Below are positions 51,540 to 63,278 of a stretch of 64,000 nucleotides of DNA, piece after piece. The notes below the pieces were generated by a model, which had not been told where the DNA came from, searched no databases, and worked only from the letters and a program-made list of their open reading frames with translations. The stretch comes from Phyllosticta citribraziliensis (lineage: Eukaryota), in assembly GCF_038025025.1 (NCBI RefSeq), contig NW_027117352.1, positions 124,001 through 188,000 on the forward strand, read 5' to 3'. Every line of letters begins with the position of its first letter. The first letter of the stretch is position 1. The position numbers and the translations under genes were made by a program.

Positions 51540-52054
51540 GATGGGCCAAGTTGTTGTTGACGTTGGGAGTGTTTCGGAGCGGTGCTCGATGCGGTTGCGA
51601 CGCTGGCGCGGGGCGGGCCCAACGTCATCTCCCGCCGGCATGCGCAGGGCAGGCCACAGCGGGCACCGCATGAGAACAAAGGTCCTTGTAAGGCCATGCA
51701 GGGAAAACAATCATTTTATTTTGCCATGTAAAAATACGAATAGAACTCCCAACGCGAACACTTAGATAGCGGATCTTTTCAAAAGCGCCGTCCTGTCGAA
51801 AACCCCCTCAAACTACCATCACGACCTTAAAGAGCTTGGAAGATTCCTCGCATCCATTTCTCCAATGGCTAGTCTGTCTCCACACTCGTAATGGTATTCT
51901 TTCAATGGAATCGTAAACGCCGTGCGCACCGTCTCCATGCTTCCCAAGCAGCCCATCCATCATACCTTGTCTCCCAACATCATGTCTTCGTTTCCAACTT
52001 CCGTTTGCGCGCTCTGGTTAACGGACCCGGGCTGGTCAACGGATCCGGGCTCTC

Positions 52055-53028
52055 CTAATGAACCATGACGTCTGAATGCTGTGCCGCGACAGCTTGGGCC
52101 TTGTGATCGTCATCCATTTCCATGTCGTCGTCTGCGTTTCCGTCGCCTTCAATCTCATCTTCGTCTTCGTCTTCGCTGCTCTCGGCCTCAATGTCCACCG
52201 AGCCAGCGTCGGATGCCGCATCGTCGTTGTTCATGCCGGCAGTGTCTTCAGCGCCGCCCATTTCTTCGTCGTCGCCCTCGGCCTTGGTGCCGTCGTCCTC
52301 CTCTTCAAGCTCCTCCTCGTTCTCTCCAGCGGCGTACGCGTCCTCGTCGTTGTCAAGCAGGTCGGCGTCGGGTTGGTCCGGAGGGAACTCTGCAGGCGCG
52401 GTTTCGTCAGAGTCCCTAGCGTCTTGTTAGTTTTGTCCAAGAGTGGTGGTATTTTTATTACCATTTTATGGCAAAGCGAGTGACCCTAGGCTTCTCGGCG
52501 AGAATGTTGCGGCGGACCTTCTCGATGACAGGCTTCGAGGGCGGCTCGACATTCAGAGCTTCATCCATGTATTCATTGTTGACGTAGTATCCGACGCGTA
52601 CAAACTCGCGCTTGTCGTAGCTGCAGCTGAGGAGAATGACGGTGACGCCCAGGATCTCATTGTTGGGGATTCTTTGCAGGTTTGGCGGGTCGGCCTCGAA
52701 GACAAACTTGTTGACGCCGACAGGAATAGGTCCGACAAGCAGAGAGTCGAGCTCTTGGTCGTAGTCGGAGCTATCGAACTGTTAGCGGATGGGGAGGACT
52801 CGGTCGGTGTGGATAAGGCATGCGTACGAAGTAGCGGAGCCGACGTAGGTCAACTTCCACTCGAGGTCTGAGGAATAGTCAGCGCGAGTTGCAGGTAGCA
52901 TCTGTCGGGGCCCTCTTACCAGACTTGAGCGACTCAACGCACTCGAAAGTAATCTCGAACTCGTATTTCGCGTCAAAGGGCGCGGGGTTGTTCAAGACGC
53001 TGACGTTCAGAAGCGACACGACAGACAT
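52055..53028 (-). CDS. ASF1: Histone H3/H4 chaperone Asf1
   Basis: [77 protein letters not shown]; acidic tail; three introns. Confidence 0.97.
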
Positions 53029-53238
53029 GATGGTAACAGTAAGTAAGGTTTGGTGGGAAAGAAAATCTGTCGCGGTAGGGCTACACGCCTTTGAAGATGG
53101 AAAACGTGGAGAGGATGGAACAAGCAGAGCGATCAACCCTGGGTGAAGGAGAGGCGGACCAGAGTGTTTACCAGGTCCCGTCGGCGCAAGGTAGGTCGCT
53201 TGGTCGAGAAAGCGCGCACGGCCCGCAACACGTCAGGT

Positions 53239-53250
53239 ACGCGAACGCGT
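53239..53250. promoter_or_regulatory. Tandem MCB-like boxes (ACGCGA-ACGCGT) upstream of ASF1
   Basis: ACGCGAACGCGT about 210 nt upstream of the ASF1 ATG. Confidence 0.45.
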
Positions 53251-55124
53251 CGAATCACCTCGCCCTCGTCCTCATGCTCCTCTCACCTCGCAACTAGACT
53301 CATCCACGACACCACTGCCCCGTTTCCAGATTCCATCGTTGGTTTGCAAGACGTTCTCCCTGGCGAGAGATGGTTCTGATGATTCTTGCTGATGCGCTGC
53401 GACCTGTCCACAGCCTCCGCGGTCCTCATTCTCGTCGACATGTAGCAACCGATGCGTTCCTGGACCAACTCCCCAAGCCAACTCTGCCCGTTTCACAGCA
53501 TCTGTACAAGACCGTTGCCGAGACAAGATTTGATTCGATGACAGGATGATCTCCTATCTATGCTCTATGGAGCGACCGCTGTCTTCATAGGGGCTGTCCC
53601 ACTGCGGCCGATGACTTTCTTTGTTTTTTTCGTTTCGAATCTCGTTCCTAGTGTCTCATCTCAGCTCTTCACTTTGAACTCTATTCTTTCTACATGTCTG
53701 AATATATCTCGTTATCCTTGCCAATAATTTCGTCCCCATCTTCTCCCCATTCTCGAGTGTAGCCGGACTTCCAGAAATCGCGGCAACGAGGAAGACACAT
53801 CCACAACTTGGACCATCTCCAAGGCAACAGTCTCTCAGACATTCATCACTACCCGACTTTGCCAGCTTGTAAAGGCAGCCTTGTCGTGTCGGGGACAGAT
53901 GAGTGGCGGTGCAAACACCTGCTGTTCCACTCACGTCATCTCCGCAGCTACCGACTCACTTTAACATTTTCCATTTTGAGGGCCTGTATTCAGCTTGCAA
54001 CCGCCTGCGGCTCTTGCTACCCCGAGCTCCGTAGACGCGACATGTCGTCAGGACATGCGCGTGCTCGAGAGCCGTTGTCTTGGAAAAGTTGAGAGATGGC
54101 AGGTGCAGTAGCGTTGGACGGCACGACAGGGTTGACCCCTTTTGCTTCGGTCCCCTTTTGCATGGAGTCTTGGGCGAAAACGGAAGGAGGCAATAATTTT
54201 TTCGGGCAGCAATTTCACGGCCGCAAAAATGGACAATCTTAAGATGACGTTGTAAGGGCAGCGGATACGTCGTATTCGGCGCAGGTGGTAGCAGAAGGCG
54301 AGGCCGCTGAGTGGGAGGGACTCAGCCTCTGGGGCGAGGTTCACGTGGAAGGGCGCAGCGCGGTGGTGTCGAGAGTACTTAAGCTTATGTAGATAGATAG
54401 TTTGATCTATTACGGGCAGCGACCTTAATCTTCGTCTAAAAGCTTGACCCGATCTGCGGACGAGGAAGCGCGGGCCATTGTCGACAAGGCCGACGCGTGT
54501 TTTTTTGAGGCGCAACACGCTGGGCGGCCGGGCAGCCTGAGTCGAGGCGAAAGGGGAGGCCGGCGGGTCGAAACAGGCAGAATCACGATTGATTGATCAA
54601 AGCAGACCTATCAAGGGCGCGCGTCTTCTTTGTCGTGTCTCAAGCAATTCAAGCTCCCGCTTCCGGTCCGGGCTGACGCTGTCAACTGCGCAAGGTTATA
54701 TCCTACACGGCCCCCGCAAACTGCGTCAGCGCTGCTTGCGTCGACCAGACCGACCGACAATTTCTCTGTTCGCCCGTCCTGCTGCCATCCATCTCTGCAA
54801 TAATCTCCAAGCAAACACCTGGATCCAGTGCGCACGCTGCCATCTTCCACCCACGGCCCAAGAGCTTCCTGTACGTTGCACCGTCCGTCACCCTAGCGCC
54901 CAGGCCCGCCACTCGATCCCTCGTCCATCCCTCTGCAGCGCTGCGCTGCACTGCACTTGATTCTTGCCCCCTCCGACGCCCATGTGTCTACACACTGTCT
55001 TTGCTGCCGAACATCCAGACCCCACGTGCAGAAAAGCAGGGGGCTGACCGGGTCTCACACAGCGCGCGGAGTTCTAAGCCGAGCTGAGGTCGATGCGCCC
55101 CCTCAGGGCAGCGCAAAGCGAACC

Positions 55125-57786
55125 ATGAGCCATCACCACTACTACCAGCAACCTCAACAGCTGGGCCTAGGGGCTACCTTTGTACCTGGCGGAACAGACG
55201 ATTATTACATCCCCCACCAGCCCGACCTCGTTTCCCCTGCCCCGCACAGAGTCTTACAGGACGACGTTAGCCAGATCCAGCAGTCGGTCGCCCACCTCGA
55301 ACTCGCAGCCAACGGAACACCGGGCCTGAACGGACGCCAGGCGAGCAGCGCCGGCTCGACAAAGTGGAAGCACGCCTCCGTCTACTCGCAATTTTCAAAC
55401 CACAACACCGGCGACATGCCCAACTTCACGCCCTTCCCCAAGCTCGCGAACCAGCCGCCGAACGTGCCCCCCACCGACGACGAGAAGGAAGCCATACTCG
55501 AGAATGCCCGCACCGGCGTCCTCAACTCCAACGACCCGGAAATGCAGCTGGCATGGGCTCAGGATGCTCTGACCTTTGTCGACGCCGCCATGGTCCACGC
55601 CGAGCGCGTCCACGCAAACTCGCCGAACCGCCCTCCCACTCCTGCTGTCGAGCACCAGCTCCGCGTCGACGCCATGAACATTGTGTCGTTTCTGGCCGAC
55701 CAACACCATCCGCGCGCCGAATTCATGCGCGGCATGTGGCTCGAGTTTGGCAAATTTGGAATGAGGGTGGACAAAAAGGAGGCCTTTCGGTGCTATTCCC
55801 GCGCCGCGGACAAGCAATACACTCGCGCCGAATATAGGATAGGAATGCTCTTTGAGCAGTCCAACGACCCTGTCAAGGCTTTGGCCCATTACAAGCGGGG
55901 TGCTGACGCGGGAGATTCGGCTTCCAACTATGTAAGAAAACCTCGAAGAAAAAAAAATAAATAAGCAAAAAAGAAAGAGAGAATAAAATTCAGACAACGC
56001 TAACATGAAGCCAGCGCCTTGGAATGATGACTTTGCTTGGTCAGAACGGGCAGCCTCAAGACTTTGCCCGTGGTATCCAGCTCATCAAGCACGCTGCTGA
56101 AACGGCAGACGAAAACGCCCCTCAGGGCGCCTACGTGAGTTTGAATTAAGCTTACAATCGATCAGCCAATGATCTAACCGCGGGACAGGTTCTGGGCATG
56201 TTGCAAGCGCGAGAGCTCCCGCAAATCAACGTTCCTGAAATCTACTTGCCCTACGATGAGCGCGCGGCAAAAACCAACATTGAAAAGGCTGCCTTCCTTG
56301 GGTTTGCCAAGGCTCAATTGAAAATGGGCTCCGCCTTCGAACTCTGCACTCTTGGATGCGATTTCAATCCGTCACTATCGCTGCATTACAATGCTCTTGC
56401 AGCAAGGCAAGGTGAGCCTGAGGCCGACATGGCCATCAGTAAATGGTTCCTCTGCGGTTACGATGGTGTTTTCCAAAAGAACGAGGAGCTCGCGTACGTC
56501 TACGCTGAGCGCGCCGCAGCATCTGGCCTCGCCACGGCCGAATTTGCTCTGGGATACTTTTTCGAGATTGGAGTCCATGTTCCGGTAAACATTGAAAAGG
56601 CCATGGAGTGGTACGACAGGGCTGCCAAGAATGGCAACAAGGACGCCATTTCTCGTCTTGAGAACATCCAACTAAACCGGACTTTGTCCAAGAATGACCA
56701 TGAAAAGGTCGCCATTAACAAGATCAGGTCCCAGTTCGGCTCGAAGAAAGGCCAGAGGCCCGATAGGTTCAAGACTGCGCAGGCAAACCCCATGCCCGCC
56801 ATTCCTGATGGCATGCCATCCCCGCCTAGCAGTGTGACTTCGCCGGGAAGCTCACGTCCACCCACCCACGGCTCGACAACGCCTTATCCGCTCGAAGACA
56901 GGCCTCCCACGGTGCCAGCCGGAGCCCCCTATGACCGTCCCACCTCCGCAGCCCCCTACCCGATGGACAATGGTCCTCCTATGGTCAATGGTCCGCCTCG
57001 TGTTGGAAGTGCAAGGCCAGCGGGTTATGAAAGTATGCCTCTGCCCCGGATTAACACTCGGCCGATGTCAGCGTTTAATTTTGCTCCTCCAGGTCCCGGA
57101 ACTCCAGGTACTCCTTCAGGCCGTATACCGCCACCCGGACCCGGCCCGAATTATGGTCCTCAACGCCCGCACACGAGCAACGACCACATGAGCCCGAACG
57201 GCCGCAAGCCCGTTGGAAATGGTCAGCGCATACCGTCCGGCCCGTCTGGTTACAGGCAACCTGGCGGATACCCTGTCGAATACCCCGAACACGGCCCTCG
57301 TCCAGGCAGCGCCGCCCCCATGGGTCCAGGAGGTATGCATCCCAACAACCCTAGCAGCAACAAGCTCCGCAAGTCCAACGCGCCGTCCGTAGACATTGGA
57401 TTCCAGGCACCTCTGGAGCAAAAGAAGCCCATGACGTTGCCCGTCGGCTACGAGCGCCACAGCACCATCAACTCTACCCCCGCCACCGGACCGCCCGTCG
57501 TCGCCCCTAACAGCAGGCCCGGAAGCGCACGCCCCCAAACGAGACCAGAGAATGGCCACCGTCCTGTCCCGCAAAAGACTGAGAGTGCTCCTCCTCCGAA
57601 CAACCAACAGACGCCGCCGCCTTCCACCGGTCCCAAGCCGGCTGCCACGGCCCCCGTACCCAGCAAAGGTCCCAAGACTTTTGATGAAATGGGAGTGCCA
57701 AAGGTCAAGCAAGACTCTGATTGTGTAAGTTGTTGTCCTGTGCGATTCAAACAGCACGTACTGATACGCCGTAGATTGTCATGTAG
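55125..57786 (+). CDS. CHS4: Chitin synthase activator Chs4/Skt5 (Sel1-like repeats, C-terminal CAAX CIVM)
   Basis: DPEMQLAWAQDAL, AEFMRGMWLEFGKFG, Sel1 repeats (ADMAISKWFLCG, AEFALGYFFEIG); GPKTFDEMGVP; terminal intron 57725-57774 yields ...DCIVM*. Confidence 0.9.
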
Positions 57787-58464
57787 ATAGGAAACGGGCG
57801 CACAGGCTCCTTGGATACCTTCACATTGATACCAAATAAGGAGTTCTAGGTCACTTGCAAACGACGGGAGGTTGTGGCATTAGGAAAGGTTTGGCTTGTT
57901 GGAACCTCAAACTTGCACTTATTGTTTCTTGTCCGTTTTTTGCCTACAGCGAGAATTTTGGCATAGCGTTGCACAGACATTGGACTGGGAGGTCTGAACC
58001 TCCACCAATGCGTGTTCGCATTGAGGAGATGCATGGTTGAAGACACTGGGTTTTGCACTGGGCATGGATGCATCGGATGCTGTTTTGGATCCTTGGTCCT
58101 TTTCTGTATGTGTTTTCCGTTCTAATGCCATCACGCCCGCCATGTGGGCTTTGTAGAAGGGGTGACGATGGAACCCTAGTGAGGTTTATGTGCTGCAAGG
58201 TCCTGGCCAGACAGGTGGACTTGGCCGCGAAGGAAAGAGTGACTTGCAGGTGAGGCATCAGAGGAAGGTGGGTGTCGAAGGGGCATGTTTATCAACCGCT
58301 GACCCGACTGAGTCTTATGCCAAAGACTCATTTTGCATCGATCGACTATTTTGACTTGTCTTCCATTGCTAGTGTTCTTGCATTCTATTGAATTTCGCAA
58401 TCAATCGTTGCTTCGAGCACCATCTTTCGTGGTTACCGGGAGGCCTCCGCCTACCCCACCAATT

Positions 58465-58572
58465 ATGTCCTTTGATCTCTCGTTTGACACCACCTTCGCC
58501 CTCTACTGCACACTCCTCTTTCTCATCTTTCTTATTATCTTCACACATATGGCACTGTCGCGCTCATCCTGA
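58465..58572 (+). CDS. Possible 35-aa single-pass membrane micropeptide
   Basis: MSFDLSFDTTFALYCTLLFLIFLIIFTHMALSRSS; hydrophobic core, but the DNA is pyrimidine-rich and could produce this by chance. Confidence 0.2.
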   Translation: MSFDLSFDTTFALYCTLLFLIFLIIFTHMALSRSS

Positions 58573-59102
58573 CCGCCTTCGTCGCCCACGCTACCGTGTA
58601 CTCCGCGCTCACGTCTTCCGTCTCTAACGACGCCTTTCTCACTTCACCTGAAAGCCGATTCCGCCGCCACCATAGCAAATCCGTCTGAGCTCGGCAAATT
58701 TCTTACGAAGGCGGCGACGCTGTCTACGAATACCGTGTTCCGTCCCTAGTCCGCACGCCGCCAACTCGCATTGCCCCGGTTCCGCGCGTACCGATTCTGC
58801 GCTGCGTCTCTGGGACTCGGCTTCATTCGTCTCCCCCTTCTCAGCAAGCGACGAGTCTCCTAGCTATACGAACGCACACACGGCACACCCAATTCCTCTC
58901 TGGGTCAGTCGCGTATCATTTACCTCAACGCTGTGCCTCTTTGGCGCTCCCTTCGGTCAAGTGGAGAGCTCCCTCAGCGCCATCGTCTTCACGAGGGTAC
59001 CAAGGAGAATCGAAGGGCGCGCGCTGGTGGAACAAGAGGAGAGGAGTAGCAAGAAGCCGCTGCAGAAGTTGAATGCGGGACGTGCGTTGAGGGAAAGACG
59101 AC

Positions 59103-59956
59103 ATGCCGCCGCGCAAGGAGAAGGATGCAAAGGACGGGGCGAAGGCCGAGAAGATTACTGGATCTGAGGGTATGTACGTGTGGAGCGAGGGTGGGACGGA
59201 CACGATGCTAAGATTGGACTGGCAGCGGCGGATCTGGTGCTCAAGTATTTGAGTAAGTTGCGATTCCACGACCCTCGACTCGAACGGTTCTAGGGTCTTT
59301 TCCGTGGCTTCAATGCTGACCAGAGACACAGACGAGCAAAACCGCCCTTACTCCGCCAACGACATCAGCGCAAACCTGCACAACAAGGTCACCAAAGGTC
59401 CTCATCCCCCCTCCCTCTCAACTCTTCCATCCCGTACTGACCAACCGCCGCCACAGCCGCCGCAACCAAGCTCCTCAAAGACCTCGCCGACAAAAACCTC
59501 CTCATCTGCCGCGCCTCCGGCAAACAACTCGTCTACCACGTCCCACAAACCGCCAACGACGCCGCCGCCTCGCCCGAGCACCTCGCCGCGCTCGAATCCC
59601 AGACCACCACGCTCAAGTCCAACACCGCCGCCGCGCTCGCAGAAGCCAAAGCTCTCCGATCGACCGTTGCGACGCTTGGCGCGACGGTGCCGCTGCCGGA
59701 GCTGCGTGCCACGGTCAAGGCGCTCGAAGACGAGGTCTATGAGGCTGAGACTCGCGTTGCGGCGTTCAGGGGTGGCAGCGTTGTCCCTGTCAGTGCGGAG
59801 GAGCGCCAGAACCTGGACCAGATGGTGCGCAGGTGGGAGAGGGCGGAGAAGGCGCGGAAGAAGATTGTCAATGAGCTGTGGGGCATCATTGTTGATAATG
59901 TCGGAGACAAGGACGCCCTGGCTGAGTTGAGGGAGAGTTTGGGTCTGGATGAGTAG
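59103..59956 (+). CDS. HOP2: Meiotic recombination factor Hop2 (TBPIP)
   Basis: Introns 59170-59225, 59253-59331, 59398-59456; AADLVLKYLNEQNRPYSANDISANLHNKVTK..GKQLVYH winged helix followed by coiled coil; ends LRESLGLDE. Confidence 0.9.
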
Positions 59957-61000
59957 GAGAAGCAAGTGGAGTGACTCGCTGGGATGGAGTTGAGGTGTAC
60001 CGGGAGCGATGTGTTTGCGTCTTTGCTGGCTTTTGCTCACTTCCAGCAAAGCTTGGATGGCCGGATCCTGCGCGTAGTGGATGGCCGGGCCGCGGGTTTT
60101 CTGGAGTTGCTGTCGCCGTCGTTTCCACCATTCTTCGATTTTCTCTTCTCGTCATGTCAAGCTTTTCGTCTCATTGCTCGTGCGGCCCTGGTCACATAAT
60201 AGTACAAAAAGCTGCGAATCGAACAAATCAATTGCTAGGTGGTAGACTCTGCTGACGACTCTGCTTCCTCCCTGTCTGTCTGTCTGTCTGTCTGTCTGCA
60301 TTGCTTCGCTGAGGCTATTTGTTGTGCATGCTTGCGATTCTTGTACTGACCGGCCGCTTAGAGCATGTCTGCGGTTGATTTGGATATAGCTGGTGATATT
60401 TTGGTGGATGACGATCGTGGTCTGAGAGTTTTACTGTGTCTCCATGGTCGTGGGTGGAGTTTGAGGTGGTAGTGGTATTTGCAGTGGTGGTGTTCCCATT
60501 CTCTACTTTTCATCCGTGTCCTTTTTCCTTTTTCCTCTTCTTTTTTGGTCTTCGCACGCCCCCCAAGTACGCTGTCGGATTGCAAGTAGATACACTGTAA
60601 ACCGAGCAAGTCCGTGTGCGCGCATTGAAGCTTTGTTCCGTGGATTTTAATGTCCTTCTTAGCAAAAAAGGGGTGGATGTGACAGCATTGTGTGAGCTTG
60701 AATTGTCTATTGATTGAATTCACAACGAAGATATCTAGCTTGACCGTTCTATATCTACTCGATAAACAGTCTGTGTGATTTGGCATGGACTCTATCGTTT
60801 TACGGGGTGGGCGTGCCGGCTGCCGCTTGGGTCGGTGATGTGCTTCTTCGATACCTTCTTTTGTTCGTCGCTATATTTCTGTGGGTACGTTTGTTCTTGT
60901 CTGGGGTGCGGTGTGTTCTCTTGGTCTCGTGCTTTCTTTGGCGTTGTGGGATGCTGAGGTGGCGTTATTGTCGGCGCTGGGAAAAGGGGTCAGTGAGTTT

Positions 61001-61899
61001 TCAAGGGGGGGAGGGAGGGGGTTGTGGATGAAAGGTCTAGTAGAGGTGGAGTTAAGGGAAAGGATTCGGTATGTTGGTTTGAAGTTGGCGTATGGTGAAA
61101 TGTGTGTAAAGATTATGGCGGAGGGAGAAGGAGAAGGGAGAAGGAGAAGAGGGGAGTAGAGGAGAGAAGAAGAGGAGAGAAGAAGAGGAGAGAAGAAGAG
61201 GAGAGAAGTAGAGGAGAGAAGTAGAGGAGAGAAGTAGAAGGAGGAGGTAGAAGAGAGATGTGGAACAGAAAAGTGGAAGGGAGAAGGAGAAGGAAGAAGT
61301 TGAAGAGAGAAGCAGAAATGGAAAAGGGTGGAGGACAGGTAAAAGGGAAACTCAAGCTCACCCCTGTCCTCCTGAGACGACCCGCACCCCGCCGCCACAC
61401 CCTCCGCCGCGTCAGCGCCACAACCCCAGTCCAGCGTACCCACGCTCGACGAGTAGACCGCATTTCGCACGCCAACCGAGGAGAATCGTTCTCATAAAGA
61501 GGGAGAATCGTCTGTTGATATCGTCCGCGCTCCAGGAAGATGGGCCGGGGTCTTGTTGGGAGAGCGACAAGGTCTAATCCTTTGTGGGGCCATGGGTAAG
61601 TGGCTTGATCAAGAGGAGAGTAAGATATGGAGTGAACGAAAACGACGGACCAGACGCCGGATGTTGGACTGTGTTGTTTTGGTGGTGTTTGTTGAAGTGT
61701 TTCCACACTGGCCGCCAAAGGCGCTTGCGAATAATGTAACCAATGCAAGGGACAAATACCATTAAGACGAGACCGAGTATTCCGACGACGACCTCGGCGG
61801 ACAGTGAGGTGCTGTTTGAAGTTGATGGGGTGGTGGTTGGTTCTGGAAAATGTTACTGGAAAGTTTTGTTTTCTGAAGAAAGCCCGGCTTACCGCTCAT
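61001..61899 (-). CDS. Orphan single-pass membrane protein, copy A (~150 aa)
   Basis: TATAAA at 62032-62027; ATG AGC G|GTAAGC intron 61892-61843; exon MSEPTTTPSTSNSTSLSAEVVVGILGLVLMVFVPCIGYIIRKRLWRP..ASG; intron 61650-61580; exon ..GRYQQTILPLYEND..; intron 61361-61037; 3' exon uncertain. Confidence 0.6.
61120..61315. repeat. ~200-bp polypurine/polypyrimidine (GA-rich) tract with GAGGAGAGAAGAA/GAGGAGAGAAGTA units
   Basis: Almost exclusively A/G on the + strand; lies inside the predicted last intron of copy A. Confidence 0.9.
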
Positions 61900-63278
61900 C
61901 GTTGAATATGTGGACTGGCGGATTGCGACAGATCAGCCTTGAGAAACTTTCTTGTAAGCGGATTCAGGTGATTCTGGACTTGAAAGTCTCCTAGCATCCA
62001 GAGTTCTCGAAAGGTGCCGAAGACACTTTATACATGAGGTGAACTCTAACACAGGCGGCATTACTAGACTAGCAGTAGGGATGCCGCGGGCAGTGTTACT
62101 GCGCAGCAAACGATGATGAGTCGCCTCAACGTGGTCAGCATGCAGGATTCAGGGCCATAAGTTGATGCATGCAGGAACTTACCCACCAATCAGTGCTGTT
62201 TTTTGACATGCTCAAAACTCACTTCACCCCACACTCGGGAGGCGGCTTTGCCAACCAATCCGCCCCATTTCTCGCCACCTATGGTTACACAATAATTATC
62301 AGTACACTGTTAGAGTGCATCTTGTAAAGAAAATTTTGGTGTAGACAGACAGTCGGTGATGAGAGTGATTCGGCTGACTGCCTGATGAGGACTAGCTTAG
62401 GCAGTGCGGCCGTGACATCAAACAGGGCCACTTGCGGCCAATCGATGTCCTGAGCAGCTGCGAGTGGCTGCCCACGTTTGATCGGTCGCCTGCATGGATG
62501 ATCACCCTATGGTGCGGCGCCTATCAGCCTTTTTTGTGCATGGGCATCCGGTCGTGTGGCGACCATCGTCCTTTGCACTGCGTCTCAATTTCTCTTCGAC
62601 TCCATTCCAGCTTTCAGCCTCTTGCCAGTCGACCAGAAGCCGTTCCAACGGCATCCTGTCAATTTACTTGGATGAGCTTTGTCCCCATTTGGTTCGTCGC
62701 CGCTCTCGCGTTTCTGAACCTTTCCCCGCGTCAGACTGTTATTTATTTGGCCACAAAAACGGCGCCTTGAATTTTCGCTGACGCAACTACTTTGTACGTT
62801 TCGCGCCTGAGTTACGAAATGAAGTCGTGAGGACAGCGGACAATCCGATTCCCGCTTTTGTACACACTGATCAGGGGGGACGGGATAATGCCGCCTCTGT
62901 GCAACAAAGACTCGTGTCCGGTGTTCTGGCAAACGAATCGGACCCATGATCCCTGACCGTAGCGCACCCGAGAACCGTTGCGGACACGCGGCTCTGTGTG
63001 AGGCGACAATTCCTGCGCGATGACGTGGGGTGGGGGACCGACAGGCGGGGACGGCCGAGCGATAAAGGGCAAGCTGTGCCCGTCTGATGGACTGACTTTG
63101 GCTCTATCACGACTGCACCTCAGGGTGTCGATGGTCCACAACATTTTTTCGTCTTGAATTTGCGCATTATTCAACTATCCACAACGCCGTCACTTCGCGA
63201 TACCTGTTCCCAATCGCTCAACTCCGTACCTGAACACCCCAATGGTCCGCGAACTCACTATATGGATACACCATGCCG

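Noticed and set aside
6066..57786. Apparent secretion/cell-wall gene cluster (GH16, PKR1, GPI1, SEC14, PDI1, SRO7, CHS4)
   Set aside because: Interspersed with unrelated housekeeping genes; not distinguishable from chance
62432..63174. ORFs between the two orphan paralogs, as a possible third copy
   Set aside because: No SxExxxGxxGL TM motif or matching intron pattern found
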